DNA of 64,000 nucleotides from Pseudogymnoascus verrucosus. Taxonomy: Eukaryota. Numbering within the stretch: the stretch's first letter is position 1; each line of letters begins with the position of its first letter. The translations under genes were made by a program, and so were the position numbers. Under the pieces are notes generated by a model. That model did not search any database. It saw only the letters and a list, made by a program, of their open reading frames with translations, and was not told the origin of the DNA. Location of the stretch: assembly GCA_001662655.1 (NCBI GenBank), contig KV460210.1. The stretch is one strand, 5' to 3'. This document shows positions 37,673 through 50,775 of the stretch, in pieces.

Positions 37673-39129
37673 GGCGAGCAACTTGGTGTAACGACCTGTC
37701 ACCAGAGGCCGCGATGTAGGTGAGATGCTGGGCCTGCCGGCAAATTCATTCAAGCAAACGGATTCAGGCAAAGTTGTTTCAATTCGATTGTGTCATCCAC
37801 TTTCTTTTCATGCGGTACGGTACCTCTCCGATTACGGGTAGTGGCGGTATGGCGGGCGGAGTGGCGAAACCAGAATGCGATAAGAGCGTTTTTAGCGTTA
37901 TAAGATCTTCACAGGATCTCACAGCAAAATTGACAGTACAGCGATATTTTCGTTATTGTTACTCGAGTAGTAAAGAAGGGGATCACGCTGGTTTTGTTTC
38001 TTTTCTTATTTACAAATAAAAAGAATAATAAATTCCAAAGGAGTAAGGCGTCACATATTCGTCATCGGGCTGGGCTTTTTCTATTATATAAAAAAGGCGT
38101 GTTCCTATTCTTAGCCTAGCATTGGCTGACTCCTTTTCTTACATTTTAAACGGGACAGAGAAAACTTTCTTTGGTGGAGTTCAAGGCTCGGCTGCGCCGC
38201 GGCGCGACTAGAGTAGAGTATGTACCGTATACCAAGGGCATATGAGAAAGTCTTTGGCCCTTCTAGTGCCTCGGCAGGGAAGCCGGCAGTGCAATCCACA
38301 GCTCAGCTCTGTTCTTGCTGCCAGCGCCGAGATAGGTATTATACTGCATATATCCGCATATCCGTACATACTGTGCTGTAATGCATGTTGCCAACACATG
38401 ATAGCCAGCTCAAAGCTCGGTGCTTGTTTACCTCGTACCCTTCGTTCCTTCCGTTGTTGACTTTGGGACACCACGTCAGATGGGAATCGACTTAGACCGG
38501 GACCCGTCCTTGCCGCTAACAAACTTATGTAAGGCGTTGAATGTCTGCTGTTGATTAGTCCTTGGCCCCAAAGAGCATTTCAGAGCGGCTCCCAACGCCA
38601 AGTCCGGACTCACGTTATGCTCCCAACGACGCTGCATCGCGCGGCATTACGTGAGAGAGCACGCCGGAGATACTGCACCCACTATCAAACACCTCATACT
38701 TAACTTCCAACAACAATTGATGCATCCTTGTCTCCAGCAAGCCGTTAGATCCGTGAATTGTTTCATGTATCCCAACAATCCCAATCCCAAGCCGAGGATC
38801 CACATGATTACGGCAGTGAAAAGTAAATCTTCAACGGGCCTCGCCCCCCTGTCCAAGAGGCGCCGAGCCGATCGACCGGTGTCACCAGTCCCGGGCCCCG
38901 TTCATGTCGTGTCATATGTCATACCACCAAGGTACTTCTTTTACACGTGCTGCGCACTACGTAAGAATAACGTGCCTGGCGTACCTTATCGATGTCGTAC
39001 GCGTCCATAAAAACGGTGAGAAAATCGTGTCTGTAGAGATCACATGTTGGGTATTTCAGCCGCGTTGCCAACACAGCAGGAACAAGGCAGCACAGCACGT
39101 AATCGATCAGAGATTGAGAACATCAGACT

Positions 39130-39254
39130 GAGAATCACAAGGCGCCGATTCGGAGCGCTCAGTAATCAAAAAAATCTCATCAGAGACTAAAGGTATGGGA
39201 CAGAGAATCACAAGACACCGATTGGAAGCGTTCAGTGGTCAAATAATAGATCAT
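39130..39254. repeat. Imperfect direct repeat, two copies with 73-bp spacing
   Basis: gagaatcacaaggcgccgattcggagcgctcagtaatcaaa at 39130 versus gagaatcacaagacaccgattggaagcgttcagtggtcaaa at 39203. Confidence 0.8.
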
Positions 39255-39573
39255 AAAAATTCTTAGAACCTATGGCTCAAGCCTCATGTCTCATTCAGTG
39301 TCTGTTCCGGTACCATTGGGGTTCACCATGTGGCATTGAGACACGAGGCGTCGTGCGACAGTAACTGATCACTCCAATGTAACGATATCACCACGTCAGC
39401 CGCAATCCAAACACACATCACTGTAATAAAGTATGCTTGTAACCTTGTTCAAACAATCCTGCTTCCATCTGCCTTGCCTTCAGACCATCGATGCCGGGCC
39501 TGCCAGCCCTATAACAGGTTGCAAGGCCTCTGTCTGATATGTGCTTATATTGTAACCGGGAGTAAGTTATGCT

Positions 39574-41730
39574 TTACACAGCAGGCTTCTCAGGGGTGCC
39601 AGCAGCATCAGTCGGCCTACTCCAAGTTCGAATATGACCAGTCTTGCAACTTGTTATAATCGCCTCCTCGGTGAATGTCAGCCAGCAGAGAGGATCTGCA
39701 TCGATGTTTTTGGACTGTATTGGGTTAGATCTTGCATTCAAAGTCTGTTTAGCACTGCACTTACCAGTACAGGGGGGAGTATAGCGACCCGCGACTTTGG
39801 CTCTACAGGGTGTCCGGTCTTCAATCCCTCGTCCGTGTCTGTGGATATGTTGGAATCGGATCTAACCCGGCTCGCTATTGTCGTCTGCGTTTCAGCTCTC
39901 TGAAGCGCACTTGTGAAACGCGAGGAGACGCTGTTTCTGTGCCGCACCGAAGCCTAGGAGTGTTAGAATCCTTGTTCTCAACCTTTGTCACATAGTTGAA
40001 CTTACAGCTTTCGGCCTATGTAACATGCCCACGTTGAAATCCCACAGCAATAGCCTGCAGTCTTCTCCAACGCTTCCGAAACGGTAGTTCCTGTCATCAC
40101 ATCTCCAGGGGTCGAATGCTACTGCTGTTACCCACGATTGATGTCCCTGGCATCGCGCAACGATCATTGACTCGGTCATTGACCATATAGAAACGAGATC
40201 GTCTTGTCCACCCGTGAGGACGTATTTCCCATCAGGCGACCAGCACACGCATAAGAGGCCACCATAATAGCTCGTATAAAGATCCAGGAGCCTAATACAT
40301 AGATTAGCTTGGAAACTAGAAGGATAGGTGATGCGAGCAACTTACTCCTCCTTCAAGTAGTCAATGATCCGGAGAGTGCCATCTTCCGAGACAACCGCAA
40401 GATGCCTGCTGTCTGGCGAAAATGCAAACGCATTAATCCGCTGGTTAGATAATTTCCAGAACGACACCGGATTGACCTTTTGGTTTCTAGAATGGACGGA
40501 TTTCTCGATGTGCAAGCTCTCACGTCCGCCAGCCTCGATGATGGCATCCAAAGCCTCATTGCTCTTTTCTTCTGGAAGAAAGGCGGCCTCTTCCTTCTCT
40601 TTATCATATACAACAAGAGAGCCATCCATATGTGCTGCGAGGAAAAGGTTCTCGGATCCAGGGATCCAGCGAATCTCCGATACGGGAGTTGCATTGATGA
40701 TTCCGTTCTTATTTAGACGTGTATACTTTTGCGAGATTGGTTCATACCATATAATCTCGCCGGTAGAGAAGCCCATAATCAAGTCCATATGAGTGGTGCT
40801 CTTCGTCACGCTATTAATATCGTGGCACAAACAGTGAGCTTTCGTAAACAGTATCTTGGTCAGATGATCTTGCTGTATTGATTTTAGTACCGCTTTTTAC
40901 AGGATTCTTGTTAGTCTTACCTTATTCGGCGAGGACAGATCCAGCCACTGGAAGGCTCGATTAACATTAACAAATGCGAACAACCCATCCGAAGGACGGT
41001 CCGCCAGGCGCTTGGCCAACCCTTCGTTAGTGATCACACGAGATATGAACGAAGAGTTGCTTTTTGCCATGTTGTTCTTCGGCTTCCGGCGTTTCGAGGC
41101 ATCTTTGCCTACTTGGGGTAAAAGCATCGAATTGCCTTCTCCGAACGCCGGGGTAGACGCATGGGATAATGGGCGGGTTAGGTTACTGCTTCGCGGGCTA
41201 CCTGCGCCACCCTCGCTGCTCAGCTCTGCCGAAGCGCGCTCCTCACCTGGGTGCTCATGTATAGGCGCATTCAATCTCGAATTTGCCCTTTGCCTGAAGT
41301 AATATGGCGCTGAATTGCGAGTACTGAGGGATAGTAATGATATCTTTGTCCCGGCCGAGGCCGGCTGGGGATTTGTGGCAAGAGGATTCGGGTTAATAAT
41401 CGGAGCCTCAGAAGGGTGCGGTGGAGGTGTAGCCAGATGTAAATCCTCTTTAAGCACGTATGTCCCTGCCAGGTCTCGTCAGTATTGCCGTCTACATCAG
41501 GTGGCGATGCTGACCTTCTCCGACGAGCAGCTGATATTCAGGTCCTGTTGGGGTTGATAGGATATTGTTCGTCTCGATCATAGGCGGCACCTGCCCAGCA
41601 GCTATAGCTGCATTGTAGGCCGCATGCGTGGGATACCGAGGAGGGGGCGGAAGAACACTATAGCAAGATCTCGTCAGTATGGGGAGCCACGGAGCATTGC
41701 GCCATTGAATGCTTGCGCGACTTACAACAT
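39574..41730 (-). CDS. creC: WD40 catabolite repression protein CreC
   Basis: [11 protein letters not shown] start (5-nt first coding exon), [41 protein letters not shown] repeats ([29 protein letters not shown]), end GHIRTWSRP...AV*. Several introns. Confidence 0.92.
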
Positions 41731-42434
41731 GATCGCTAACGTCTTTTACTCGCCGGCTCGATTGTTGAAAGTGCGATTAGTCCGAGCGATAAGTACGTCG
41801 TCGCCTTGAGCCTTCGCAGAGAGGAGATCGGGGGGTGAGACGTCGAAGTAGAGTGCCTGGCGGCTCAATTGCTTGGATCAATTCCTGACGAGGTAGTATT
41901 GTATGTACAGTACCTTGCCTTGTAGGCGTTTATGGAGGGTCTAGCACAGTGTGGGGTAAGTGGAGCTGCGTTCTCGAACAGCTGGCGATCATTCATGCCT
42001 TCCTGCCGCGAGGGGATCCGTGATCTGACGTTATTATCGTAGGCAGTAATGACGACTCTGCCACTATCGCATCTAGTCCCTATAAAAATACCGGTAAAAT
42101 CTGTGCATAACAGAATTTATTTCCTTGAGGAGTCTCCCATTGTGTCTGCGATATACGCCCACACGTGGAAAACGGGGTACATCGTTTAAAGTCCGGCACG
42201 GGCTTCCGCCGCGTTCGAAGGTGGGTCACAGACAGAGCTGTTGCCCGCAGCGTCCCTTTCGCAATCAATAGATAGGAGTTTCAACTCAAATCAACCTCCG
42301 AAGAAACCAGCAACCATCGACTGAACTGTCTATCTCTCCGGATACTTTTCGCAAGCTTCAGGTTGATCGCAATGATTGCCTGTGAAGACCGCCAATAAAC
42401 ATATCGGTTGCTCGTAGCGTGCGTGGCCGGCTCC

Positions 42435-44392
42435 ATGGCGACAGGTCAGTAACAGCGGAGAAACCCTGCCGCAGCGTTAGATAATTCTTTTTGTATGAAT
42501 AGTAACTGACCGTTTCAGTGCGCATATGTGTCTGTGGCGATGAAGGGACGGGGAAGTCCAGCTTGATAACATCGCTGGTGAAAGACATCTTTGTGACGAA
42601 TAAAATACAATCGGTTCTGCCGCATATCACTATCCCACCAAGCATCGGCACCCCAGAGAATGTTACCACGACAATCGTCGATACATCTGCCCTGCCACAA
42701 GAGAGAAACACGTTACGCAAGGAAATCCGAAAGTCAAATGTTATTCTGCTGGTATACTCGGATCACTACAGCTATGAGCGCGTAGCTCTGTTCTGGATGC
42801 CGTATTTTCGGTCGCTTGGTGTCAACGTCCCCGTTGTGCTTTGTGCAAACAAGTCCGACATTACCGCAAATGGCACTACTGCGCAGGTTGTGGAAGATGA
42901 GATGCTCCCGGTGATGGCGGAGTTCAAAGAAATCGATTCTTGCATCAGAACAAGCGCGCGCGAACATCACAATGTCAACGAAGTCTTCTTCCTGTGTCAA
43001 AAGGCTGTGACACACCCTATCGCCCCACTTTTTGATTCGAAAGAAGGCGTGCTGAAGCCTTCAGCAGTAGCTGCTCTACGGAGGATCTTCTATCTGTGTG
43101 ATAAGGACCAGGACGGCTATTTGAACGACCAGGAGATGCACGCCTTTCAGGCCAAATGCTTCCAGAAACCCTTGTCGCCAGATGATCTCGAGAACATCAA
43201 GCTATCCATAACACGGGGCTCCGAGCGGTCAACTGTGGATCAGGGTATTGATATCGATGGGTTTATACACTTAAACAAGATTTTTGCGGAGAAGGGTCGC
43301 CATGAGACTATTTGGATCATCCTGAGGACGTTCCAGTACACCGACAGTCTCAGCCTTAAGGATAGCTTCCTCAACCCAAAGTTTGACGTCCCCGAATACG
43401 CCTCAGCCGAACTTAGCCCAGCTGGGTACCGGTTCTTCGTTGATTTATTTCTGGTCTTTGATAAGGACAACGATGGCGGACTTAACAACGACGAACTTGC
43501 TGCACTATTCGCCCCAACCCCTGGTTTACCGCAATCATGGAACGATTCCTCCTTCCCTTCCTCCACAGTGCGCAACGATGCTGGTCTTGTTACTCTTCAG
43601 GGCTGGCTGGCCCAATGGAGTATGACGACGTTCGTCGAACCTAAAACTACTCTGTCGTACCTGGCGTACCTTGGCTTTGAACCCGCAAGCTCGCGTGAAT
43701 CTACGACGGCTGCCCTGAAAATAACCAAGGCTCGCAAGAGGCGCCGACGACCAGGCCGTGTTGAACGCAATGTAATGCTGTGTTACGTTCTCGGGGCCCC
43801 AGGTTCTGGAAAATCATCGTTACTGGACGCTTTCCTCAATCGGCCGTTCGATTCGCTGTATCATCCAACCATCAAACCTCGCACTGCTGTCAATAGTGTG
43901 GAGCTTCAGGGCGGCAAGCAATGCTACCTCATTCTGGAGGAACTTGGCGAGTTAGAACCTGCCATCCTGGAGAATACATCGAAACTAGAGGCATGTGATC
44001 TGATCTGTTACACGTACGACTCGTCCGATCCCGATTCATTTTCTCACATTGTCAATTTGCGGAAGAAATACCCGCACCTCGATGATCTTCCGAATATCTA
44101 CGTTGCCCTCAAAGCAGACCTCGACAAGACGACGCAGAGGAGCGAGCAGCAGCCAGACCAGTACACTGTTGGCCTGATGATGAATGCGCCTCTCCATGTC
44201 AGCGTTACATGGCATAGCATTAGCGAGCTATTTGTCACACTGGCGGAGGCGGCCATCAACCCCAGCATCGCCTTCCCAAAGAGCGAGGAGGAGCCTCCGG
44301 ACAGGACGGGCCTGTATGTAGCCCTAGGAGCGACCGTATGCGCGGCGGTCGCGGCAGTGATGATTTGGAGAAGGACAACGGCCGTTTCTTGA
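42435..44392 (+). CDS. GEM1: Mitochondrial Rho GTPase Miro
   Basis: [18 protein letters not shown], two EF-hands ([18 protein letters not shown]), second GTPase GAPGSGKS, C-terminal tail anchor. Intron 42445-42518. Confidence 0.96.
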
Positions 44393-44920
44393 TGATGCCT
44401 TGCGTGAAGCTATCACTTCACCTGGCTATAGTGATACCCCACTCACAGTTTTAACCCGATAATAATAATGTAATCGAACTAGATAAATATAATAAGAAGG
44501 TGATCAGAATGGTGAATTCACCATGAATTGAGCCTCTTCCCGTTTACTGATTGACTCTGTTTTGTTTGTTTTCCCATGTTCTTGCCAGTTCCTGTTCCAT
44601 TTAAGGAGGCGAGGCCTTCAACGCGTTTGTTCGCCAATAAGACAAAAGCACGCTACTCCAAATCAGGCAATCTCAGACCAGAAGTTCCGTCAATTGTCGC
44701 TGCTGCATAAAGATCCTCCTACCTTATTTACTACTATCGCAACTCACTTCCATCTCTCTTTCCTCCTTCCTCAAACTTTGTGCATCTACACTACAATTCC
44801 CTCTATACTCTACACCCCGACCACCACACCACCTTCGTTCCTTCCGTTAACTGAGATACAAAGTCTCCACGACACCTTCCTTGAACTGCGCGACGTGCAC
44901 CACCACCCCATCTCAATATC

Positions 44921-47422
44921 ATGGCTTCTGTTAGTTAAACCCTTCCCTCCCGTCTCTCCTCATACTTCAGCCTCAAAAACTTCACATACCGATACCACGC
45001 CACCTGCAGTTTCAGCTGCCTAAGCTCTCAACATGACTGCAACTATTAATTTGGCTGCACAACAACACCCGCACCACCGAGGCTCTCGAGCCACCCCAAA
45101 ACTAAATGGACTGAGGCTAATCACAACCATGAAGCAGCGTCCTCATACCTACAACAACCAAGGAGGCTATCTTCCCAACGGCGCCACAGCAGGTCACACC
45201 GGCCTACCACAAGGAGCCGCACCTCTTCTTCCGAACCATGGACGTGTCATACAAACCGGGGGTGTCAGAGTGCTTTGCGTAGCAGACGTTCGAGGTGTGT
45301 TCCAATCTGACCACCATCGACGCTAAATACTAACGCCACTGAAGGCAACTTAAGATCGCTGAACGAACTTGCGAAACAAGCTCGCGCCGACCACATCATA
45401 CACACTGGCGACTTTGGTTTCTACGATGAGACCTCCCTGGATCGTATCGCAGACAAGTAAGCACATCATGTGCTTCAGATCGCAGTATCGCATTGCTGAC
45501 TTCGTGTGATTAGGACCCTCAAGCATGTCGCTCAATACTCACCTTTGATTTCCGAACCAATAAAGAAGGCAATTCAGCAACCGGGACAATCAGGACCAGT
45601 AAAGTCCCGCTTCCCAGCGAGCGATCTACCTCTCTCCGAGCTTCCATCTTTCCTCAATGGATCGCTCAAGCTGGATGTTCCAGTCTACACCGTCTGGGGA
45701 GCTTGCGAGGATGTCAGAGTTCTCGAGAAGTTCCGTTCTGGTGAATACAAAGTCGACAAGCTTCACATTATCGACGAGGCGCGCTCGATGCTCCTGGAGG
45801 TTGGAGGTGTTAAGCTGCGTTTGTTAGGTCTTGGCGGAGCAGTTGTCATGCACAAGTTGTTCGACAATGGCGAGGGTCGCACCACCATCGCTGGAGGACA
45901 GGGAACCATGTGGACCACTCTACTGCAGATGGGTGAGTTGGTAGATACTGCAAACCGCGTGTACGATCCAACGGAGACACGTGTTTTCATCACGCATGCG
46001 TCGCCCGCCAGGGAGGGAATTCTGAACCAGTTGTCTGTCACCCTGAAGGCAGACTTCTCAATTTCCGCTGGTCTTCATTTCCGCTACGGTAGCTCTTACA
46101 ACGAGTTCAGTGTCAACCCTACTCTTGACCATTACCGTGGCAAGCTCGCTGCCTCCAAGGCATCATTCAACGACGTATGGGAGACTGTCAAGGGTGAGGT
46201 TCAGCCAGCGATCCAACAGAATGAGGCACAGCAAAATCTCCTCAACAATGCCCTCGGCATAGTTGAGAAGATGCCCACGACTGCCCACGGTGGTAACCCA
46301 TTCGGTGGCCCTGTTGGTGGTTCTAATGCTACGGCTATTGGACAAGTTGACGAGAGTGCCTTCAAGAACATGTGGAACTTCAACTTGGCAGACGCGGCAT
46401 TTGGATGGTTGGTTCTGGAGATCCAGGATGGCAGAATCGGAACCGAAATGAGAGCTCAAGGCTTCAACTTCGCCCACCGTGGTGCCAAGCAACACCCGGC
46501 TCAGGCTAACCAGCAGCAGCCTGCCCAGGCACCGGCGACGGGATCTGGTACTCCTGGAGCAAGCCACGCACTCGCCTCGGTGCCATCTGGACCGGCTCAA
46601 ACTCGCTCTCCTGCAGTACCAGCTGCATCGCAGCCATTCAATGCTCCACAGCAACGTGCGTCAAACCAGCAGCAGCAGCCAAGGGGACCAGCAAGCAACC
46701 CGCCACGCGCAACAGGCTCGCCTGCCCCGTTCCAAGGACAGAAGCCAGCCACCCCGCAACCGGCTCAGAACGTAGTTAACCTTCCTGCTGCCTCCAAGGA
46801 GAATGAGAAGGCTCCCGCAGTTGGTGCCAATGGATCGGCGACCAACGGTTCTGCAGATGCTGCCGCTTCGCCAGTTCAGAAGTCCCAGGATATCATCGGT
46901 CTGTTTGTTATGAACGTTCAAACCGACGACGCCGTTAGGGATCTCTTTGTTGAGGAGGATAAGGCCAAGATCGTGAAGATCGACAAATGGGGCCAGTCTA
47001 ACAAGGTTGTTCAGTTCAAGACAACCGAGGAGAGAGATGAGGCACTGGCACGCCTCTCAGATGATGTCAAGACTCGTTCCATGGAGGATCGCAGCAGGCC
47101 GCTCGTGAAGATTTTCCTTGCCAAGGACAGCAGGGGCACTTACCCAACTAGCCGTGGCGGTGCAGGCAACTGGGGTAGCAGCCGTGGTGGCAGCAACCCA
47201 AATGCACCACAGGCCGGGTATAGAAGCGCAGGAGGCGCTAGCGACAGCGAGAGTGGCCGTGGCGGACGTGGCCGTGGTGGAGCCAGAGGTGGACGAGGCA
47301 GCACTGAGAGGGGAGGGCGCGGCGCTCGCGGTGGAAGAGGTAGCTTCAAGGGCGACGGCAACACCTCACCTACGACATCGGCGCCAGCTGCTCCGGCGAC
47401 ATCGACCGCACCTACTTCTTAA
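44921..47422 (+). CDS. Calcineurin-like metallophosphoesterase-family protein (DUF2433 type) with RRM-like and RGG tail
   Basis: RVLCVADVRG|NL, HTGDFGFYD, VYTVWGACED, FITHASP, SAGLHFRYG. C-terminal RRM-like segment and RGG repeats. Introns about 44930-45133, 45295-45344 and 45457-45514. Confidence 0.78.
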
Positions 47423-47878
47423 GTCTTGCATTCACGATATACCTTTTACCTTGTCGCATTGTTCCACCAACATTCTCGATTCATGATAACCTTAATGGCC
47501 ATATTTCTCTTGTCGTAGGCGACTAGGCATTACTTGTATTCGGGATTCTTTGAGATGGGGCTGGAGTTACCTTTAGCTTACGCCTCACGTTTATCACGTT
47601 GATTGCGATGATAGCTATTACTTTTCCTTCCTTGTATTTCTGAGCATAGTACTCCTCTGCCTCTTTGCAAGCACTGGCGCTGCGTGTATTTGTAAGGTCA
47701 CGCTTTCGTGGTTGCCCATGGGGACGGAGATGAAGATGTGGCATAGAAAAATCAGATATGATACAATTGAGCCTTGTGCTCTATAATACTACTCCCACGC
47801 TTGCCTTGTGATACGCCGTGCCATGCCATTCCTGTAATATACTGTACAAAAATAGAACATAAGTGTGAAGGGATTGCC

Positions 47879-48898
47879 TTACAACTTCTCAACCGGCTTG
47901 ATACCCTTGTGAATCGCAGCGATCCCACCAGTCAAATCCTCCCACCCCTTCCCTGGGACCACGAACCCAGCAGCCTGGATCATGTTTTTCCACTCATCCT
48001 GCCTCGGGAACTTCTCAATGCTCTCAACCAGATACTGGTAGCTCGCCCTATCCCCCGCGACGAGCTGGCCGATCAACGGAATAGCACCAAAGCTCCACCT
48101 CTTATACACGGCCTCAAACAGCGGATTCGTGACACCGCTGAACTCAAGACACGCGAACACTCCACCGGGCTTGAGCACGCGGTAAGCCTCGCGCAGGGCC
48201 TTCTCCTTGTCGGTGAAATTCCTAATCCCGAAGGCGACAGTGTACAGATCCACGCTATTGTCCGGAACAGGGAGCTCCTCCGCGTTGGCGACCAAGAAAT
48301 CGAGGTTCTTGGAGTTGGCATACGGCGTCTCAAGCGAGCGCTTGCGGCCCTCTGCCAGCATGTCGGGGTTGATATCCGAGACGGTGACGCGGGTGTGGGG
48401 GGAGTGGTTCACGTTGTGGGCGTGGTCGAGCATGCGGAATGCGATGTCTCCCGTGCCGCCGGCGATGTCGAGGATGTTCCAGCCTTGCGAGGGGGAGGGG
48501 CCGGTGGTGGGTGTGAGGGAGCCGGAGTTGGATCCGGGGTTGAGGGAGCGCACGAAGTGGTCTTTCCAGAGGCGGTGGATGCCGAGGGACATGAGGTCGT
48601 TCATGGTGTCGTAGGAGCTGGCGACGGAGGAGAAGACGCCGGCGACTAGGAATTGGTTAGCGGAGAGTTGGTGGAGAGTAGGGGAAAAAGTAAGGGAAGG
48701 GAAGGGCGTACCTCTCTGTGCCTTCTCATGCTCTGCAACATTCTCGAAGCCGAAGTGAGTATATTTCTCCCCGTTCTGTTGCGGGTTCGGCGACCCTTGC
48801 GCCTGGCGGGATAGAGTTGATGCTGTGAAAGTCCGTGAAGGTGCGGTAGCCCTCAATGCGGACCTTGCCAAAGGCCTACATAATGTTCTTGAGGCCAT
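47879..48898 (-). CDS. COQ5: Ubiquinone C-methyltransferase (UbiE/COQ5), mitochondrial
   Basis: Presequence, THFGF, YDTMNDLMSLGIHRLWK, LDIAGGTGD, YTVAFGIRN, YQYLVESIEKFP. Intron 48646-48711. Confidence 0.95.
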   Translation of the reverse strand: MASRTLCRPLARSALRATAPSRTFTASTLSRQAQGSPNPQQNGEKYTHFGFENVAEHEKAQRGTPFPSLTFSPTLHQLSANQFLVAGVFSSVASSYDTMNDLMSLGIHRLWKDHFVRSLNPGSNSGSLTPTTGPSPSQGWNILDIAGGTGDIAFRMLDHAHNVNHSPHTRVTVSDINPDMLAEGRKRSLETPYANSKNLDFLVANAEELPVPDNSVDLYTVAFGIRNFTDKEKALREAYRVLKPGGVFACLEFSGVTNPLFEAVYKRWSFGAIPLIGQLVAGDRASYQYLVESIEKFPRQDEWKNMIQAAGFVVPGKGWEDLTGGIAAIHKGIKPVEKL

Positions 48899-49294
48899 TG
48901 TGCTCCTCAATTCAGCGTTGAATCTTTTTATGTCTGGAGTTGGCTTCAAGCAAGGCTACGCTACGGAAAGCTTCCCAGCGCCAAGAATAAGTTAAAGTCT
49001 CCGAGCAGCCCCGTTGCTTACGTAAGGATGCATTGTGCTGTGCATGGACCGCAACGCGGGAGCAATCCTTACGTAATCCGTCCATTGAGTTACCCCAAAA
49101 CAAAATGGACAGGCCGCACCAGAGCGAGTCGGATAGAGGCGGCTTAGGTCGGTGTCCACGCTTCCCCACGGTCTGCCGGCGAACAAGTGAACATCGACGT
49201 TGAGGGATCCGCTCTGGCTTTGAGGGGAAATCTACGAGAGGAAATAAATGTTTCTCGGTGGCAGACACCATGCAATAATCCTCATCTTACAACC

Positions 49295-50775
49295 ATGAAT
49301 TCCCGTATCCCAAGAGCCTGTTTGGCGCGTGCTGGCCGCTCATTATCATTATCGTCAGTCTGCCGGGTTGCCCCACGACGATGCTTCTCGAGAGCCCCTC
49401 AACGATCGGGCGAGCACAAGGATGATCGACTGCGATTCCCTGGTGCACTGGAGGCCAAATTTACCACCGACTTGAATTTCCATAACCCGAAGGATAATGA
49501 CGTTATATCGTGCTACAGGGTCATGGACAGCGAGGGCGTCATTGTCGACAAGACCTACAAACGAGACTTCAGTGATGAAGAGGCGGTAAAACTGTATACG
49601 GATATGTTGGGAGTGAGCATAATGGATCTTATTTGTCTTGATGCTCAACGGCAAGGTGTGTAGACTGCTCATCCATGGGTCAGCTTAAGTTCCATGACAG
49701 CTAACTCCATGTCCAGGTCGTATTTCATTCTACATGGTGTCCAGCGGAGAGGTAAGATTCCCACACAACTCTGCCATCTACAAGTCTAACCCGATCACAG
49801 GAAGGAATCGCAGTGGGCTCCTCCTCCGCCCTATCCGTCGAAGACGTAGCCTTCGCCCAATACCGCGAAGTCGGCTTCCTGATGCAACGCGGCTTCACCT
49901 TCACGGACGCCATGTCCCAGCTCTTCGCCAACATCAAAGACCCCGGCCGCGGCCGCAACATGCCCGTCCACTACGGCAGCACCGCCCTGAACGTGCACAC
50001 CATCTCCTCCCCCCTAGCCACCCAACTGCCCCATGCTGCTGGCGCCGCATACGCCTTGAAGATGCAGCACTTGAGCAGCCCTAAGTCCACTCCACGCATC
50101 GCTGTCTGCCTCTTTGGCGAGGGCGCGGCGTCAGAGGGTGATTTCCATGCTGCGTTTAATATTGCGGCTACACGCGGATGTCCTGTGCTCTTCATCTGCC
50201 GCAATAACGGGTATGCGATTTCCACGCCGACGGCGGATCAGTACCGTGGCGATGGAATCGTCAGCCGTGCTGCGGGTTACGGTATCAACAGTATCCGTGT
50301 CGATGGAAACGATATCCTCGCTGTGCGAGAAGCCACCAAGAGGGCCAAGGATCTCTGCCTCGGCACATCCGACGGCGGCGAGGCGAAGCCAGTCTTCATC
50401 GAAGCGATGTCCTACCGCGTGTCCCACCACAGCACATCCGATGACTCCTTCGCCTACCGCGCACGCGTGGAAGTCGAGGACTGGAAGCGCCGTGATAACC
50501 CAATCACGCGGTTCCGGAAGTACCTCGAGAACGAGGGGCTGTGGGACGATACGAAGGAGACGGAGGCGCGGTTGTCGATCAAAAAGGAGCTGCTGAAGGC
50601 GTTTTCGGCGGCGGAGAAGGAGAAGAAGCCGGAGATTTTGAGTATGTTTGAGGATATCTATGAGGAGTTGACGCCGGAGCTGAAGGCGCAGAGGGCGGAG
50701 TTGAAGGATATTTTGGAGAGGTATCCGGATGAGTATGATTTGTCCGAGTATGACAAGGGGAAGGACTCGTTATAG
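49295..50775 (+). CDS. Branched-chain 2-oxoacid dehydrogenase E1 alpha subunit
   Basis: Presequence, QRQG|RISFYMVSSGE|EG, QYRE, GRNMPVHY, SSPLATQLPHAAG, TPP motif GEGAASEGD...NN, HHSTSDDS. Two introns near 49656-49717 and 49752-49800. Confidence 0.94.

Noticed and set aside
39130..39254. Repeat pair as a CRISPR-like array
   Set aside because: Only two diverged copies, eukaryotic context, no cas genes.
37700..39570. Long intergenic region as a possible telomerase RNA, snRNA or hidden gene
   Set aside because: No telomere template (TAACCCTAA-like) or snRNA motif seen, and the ORFs are short and not protein-like. Probably the creD promoter plus creC 3' UTR. An Rfam scan would be needed to exclude ncRNA.
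44930..45133. Intron-encoded snoRNA in the long first intron
   Set aside because: A CTGA is present but there is no convincing C box (RTGATGA) or terminal stem.
47774..48649. 291-aa plus-strand ORF
   Set aside because: Antisense shadow of COQ5.
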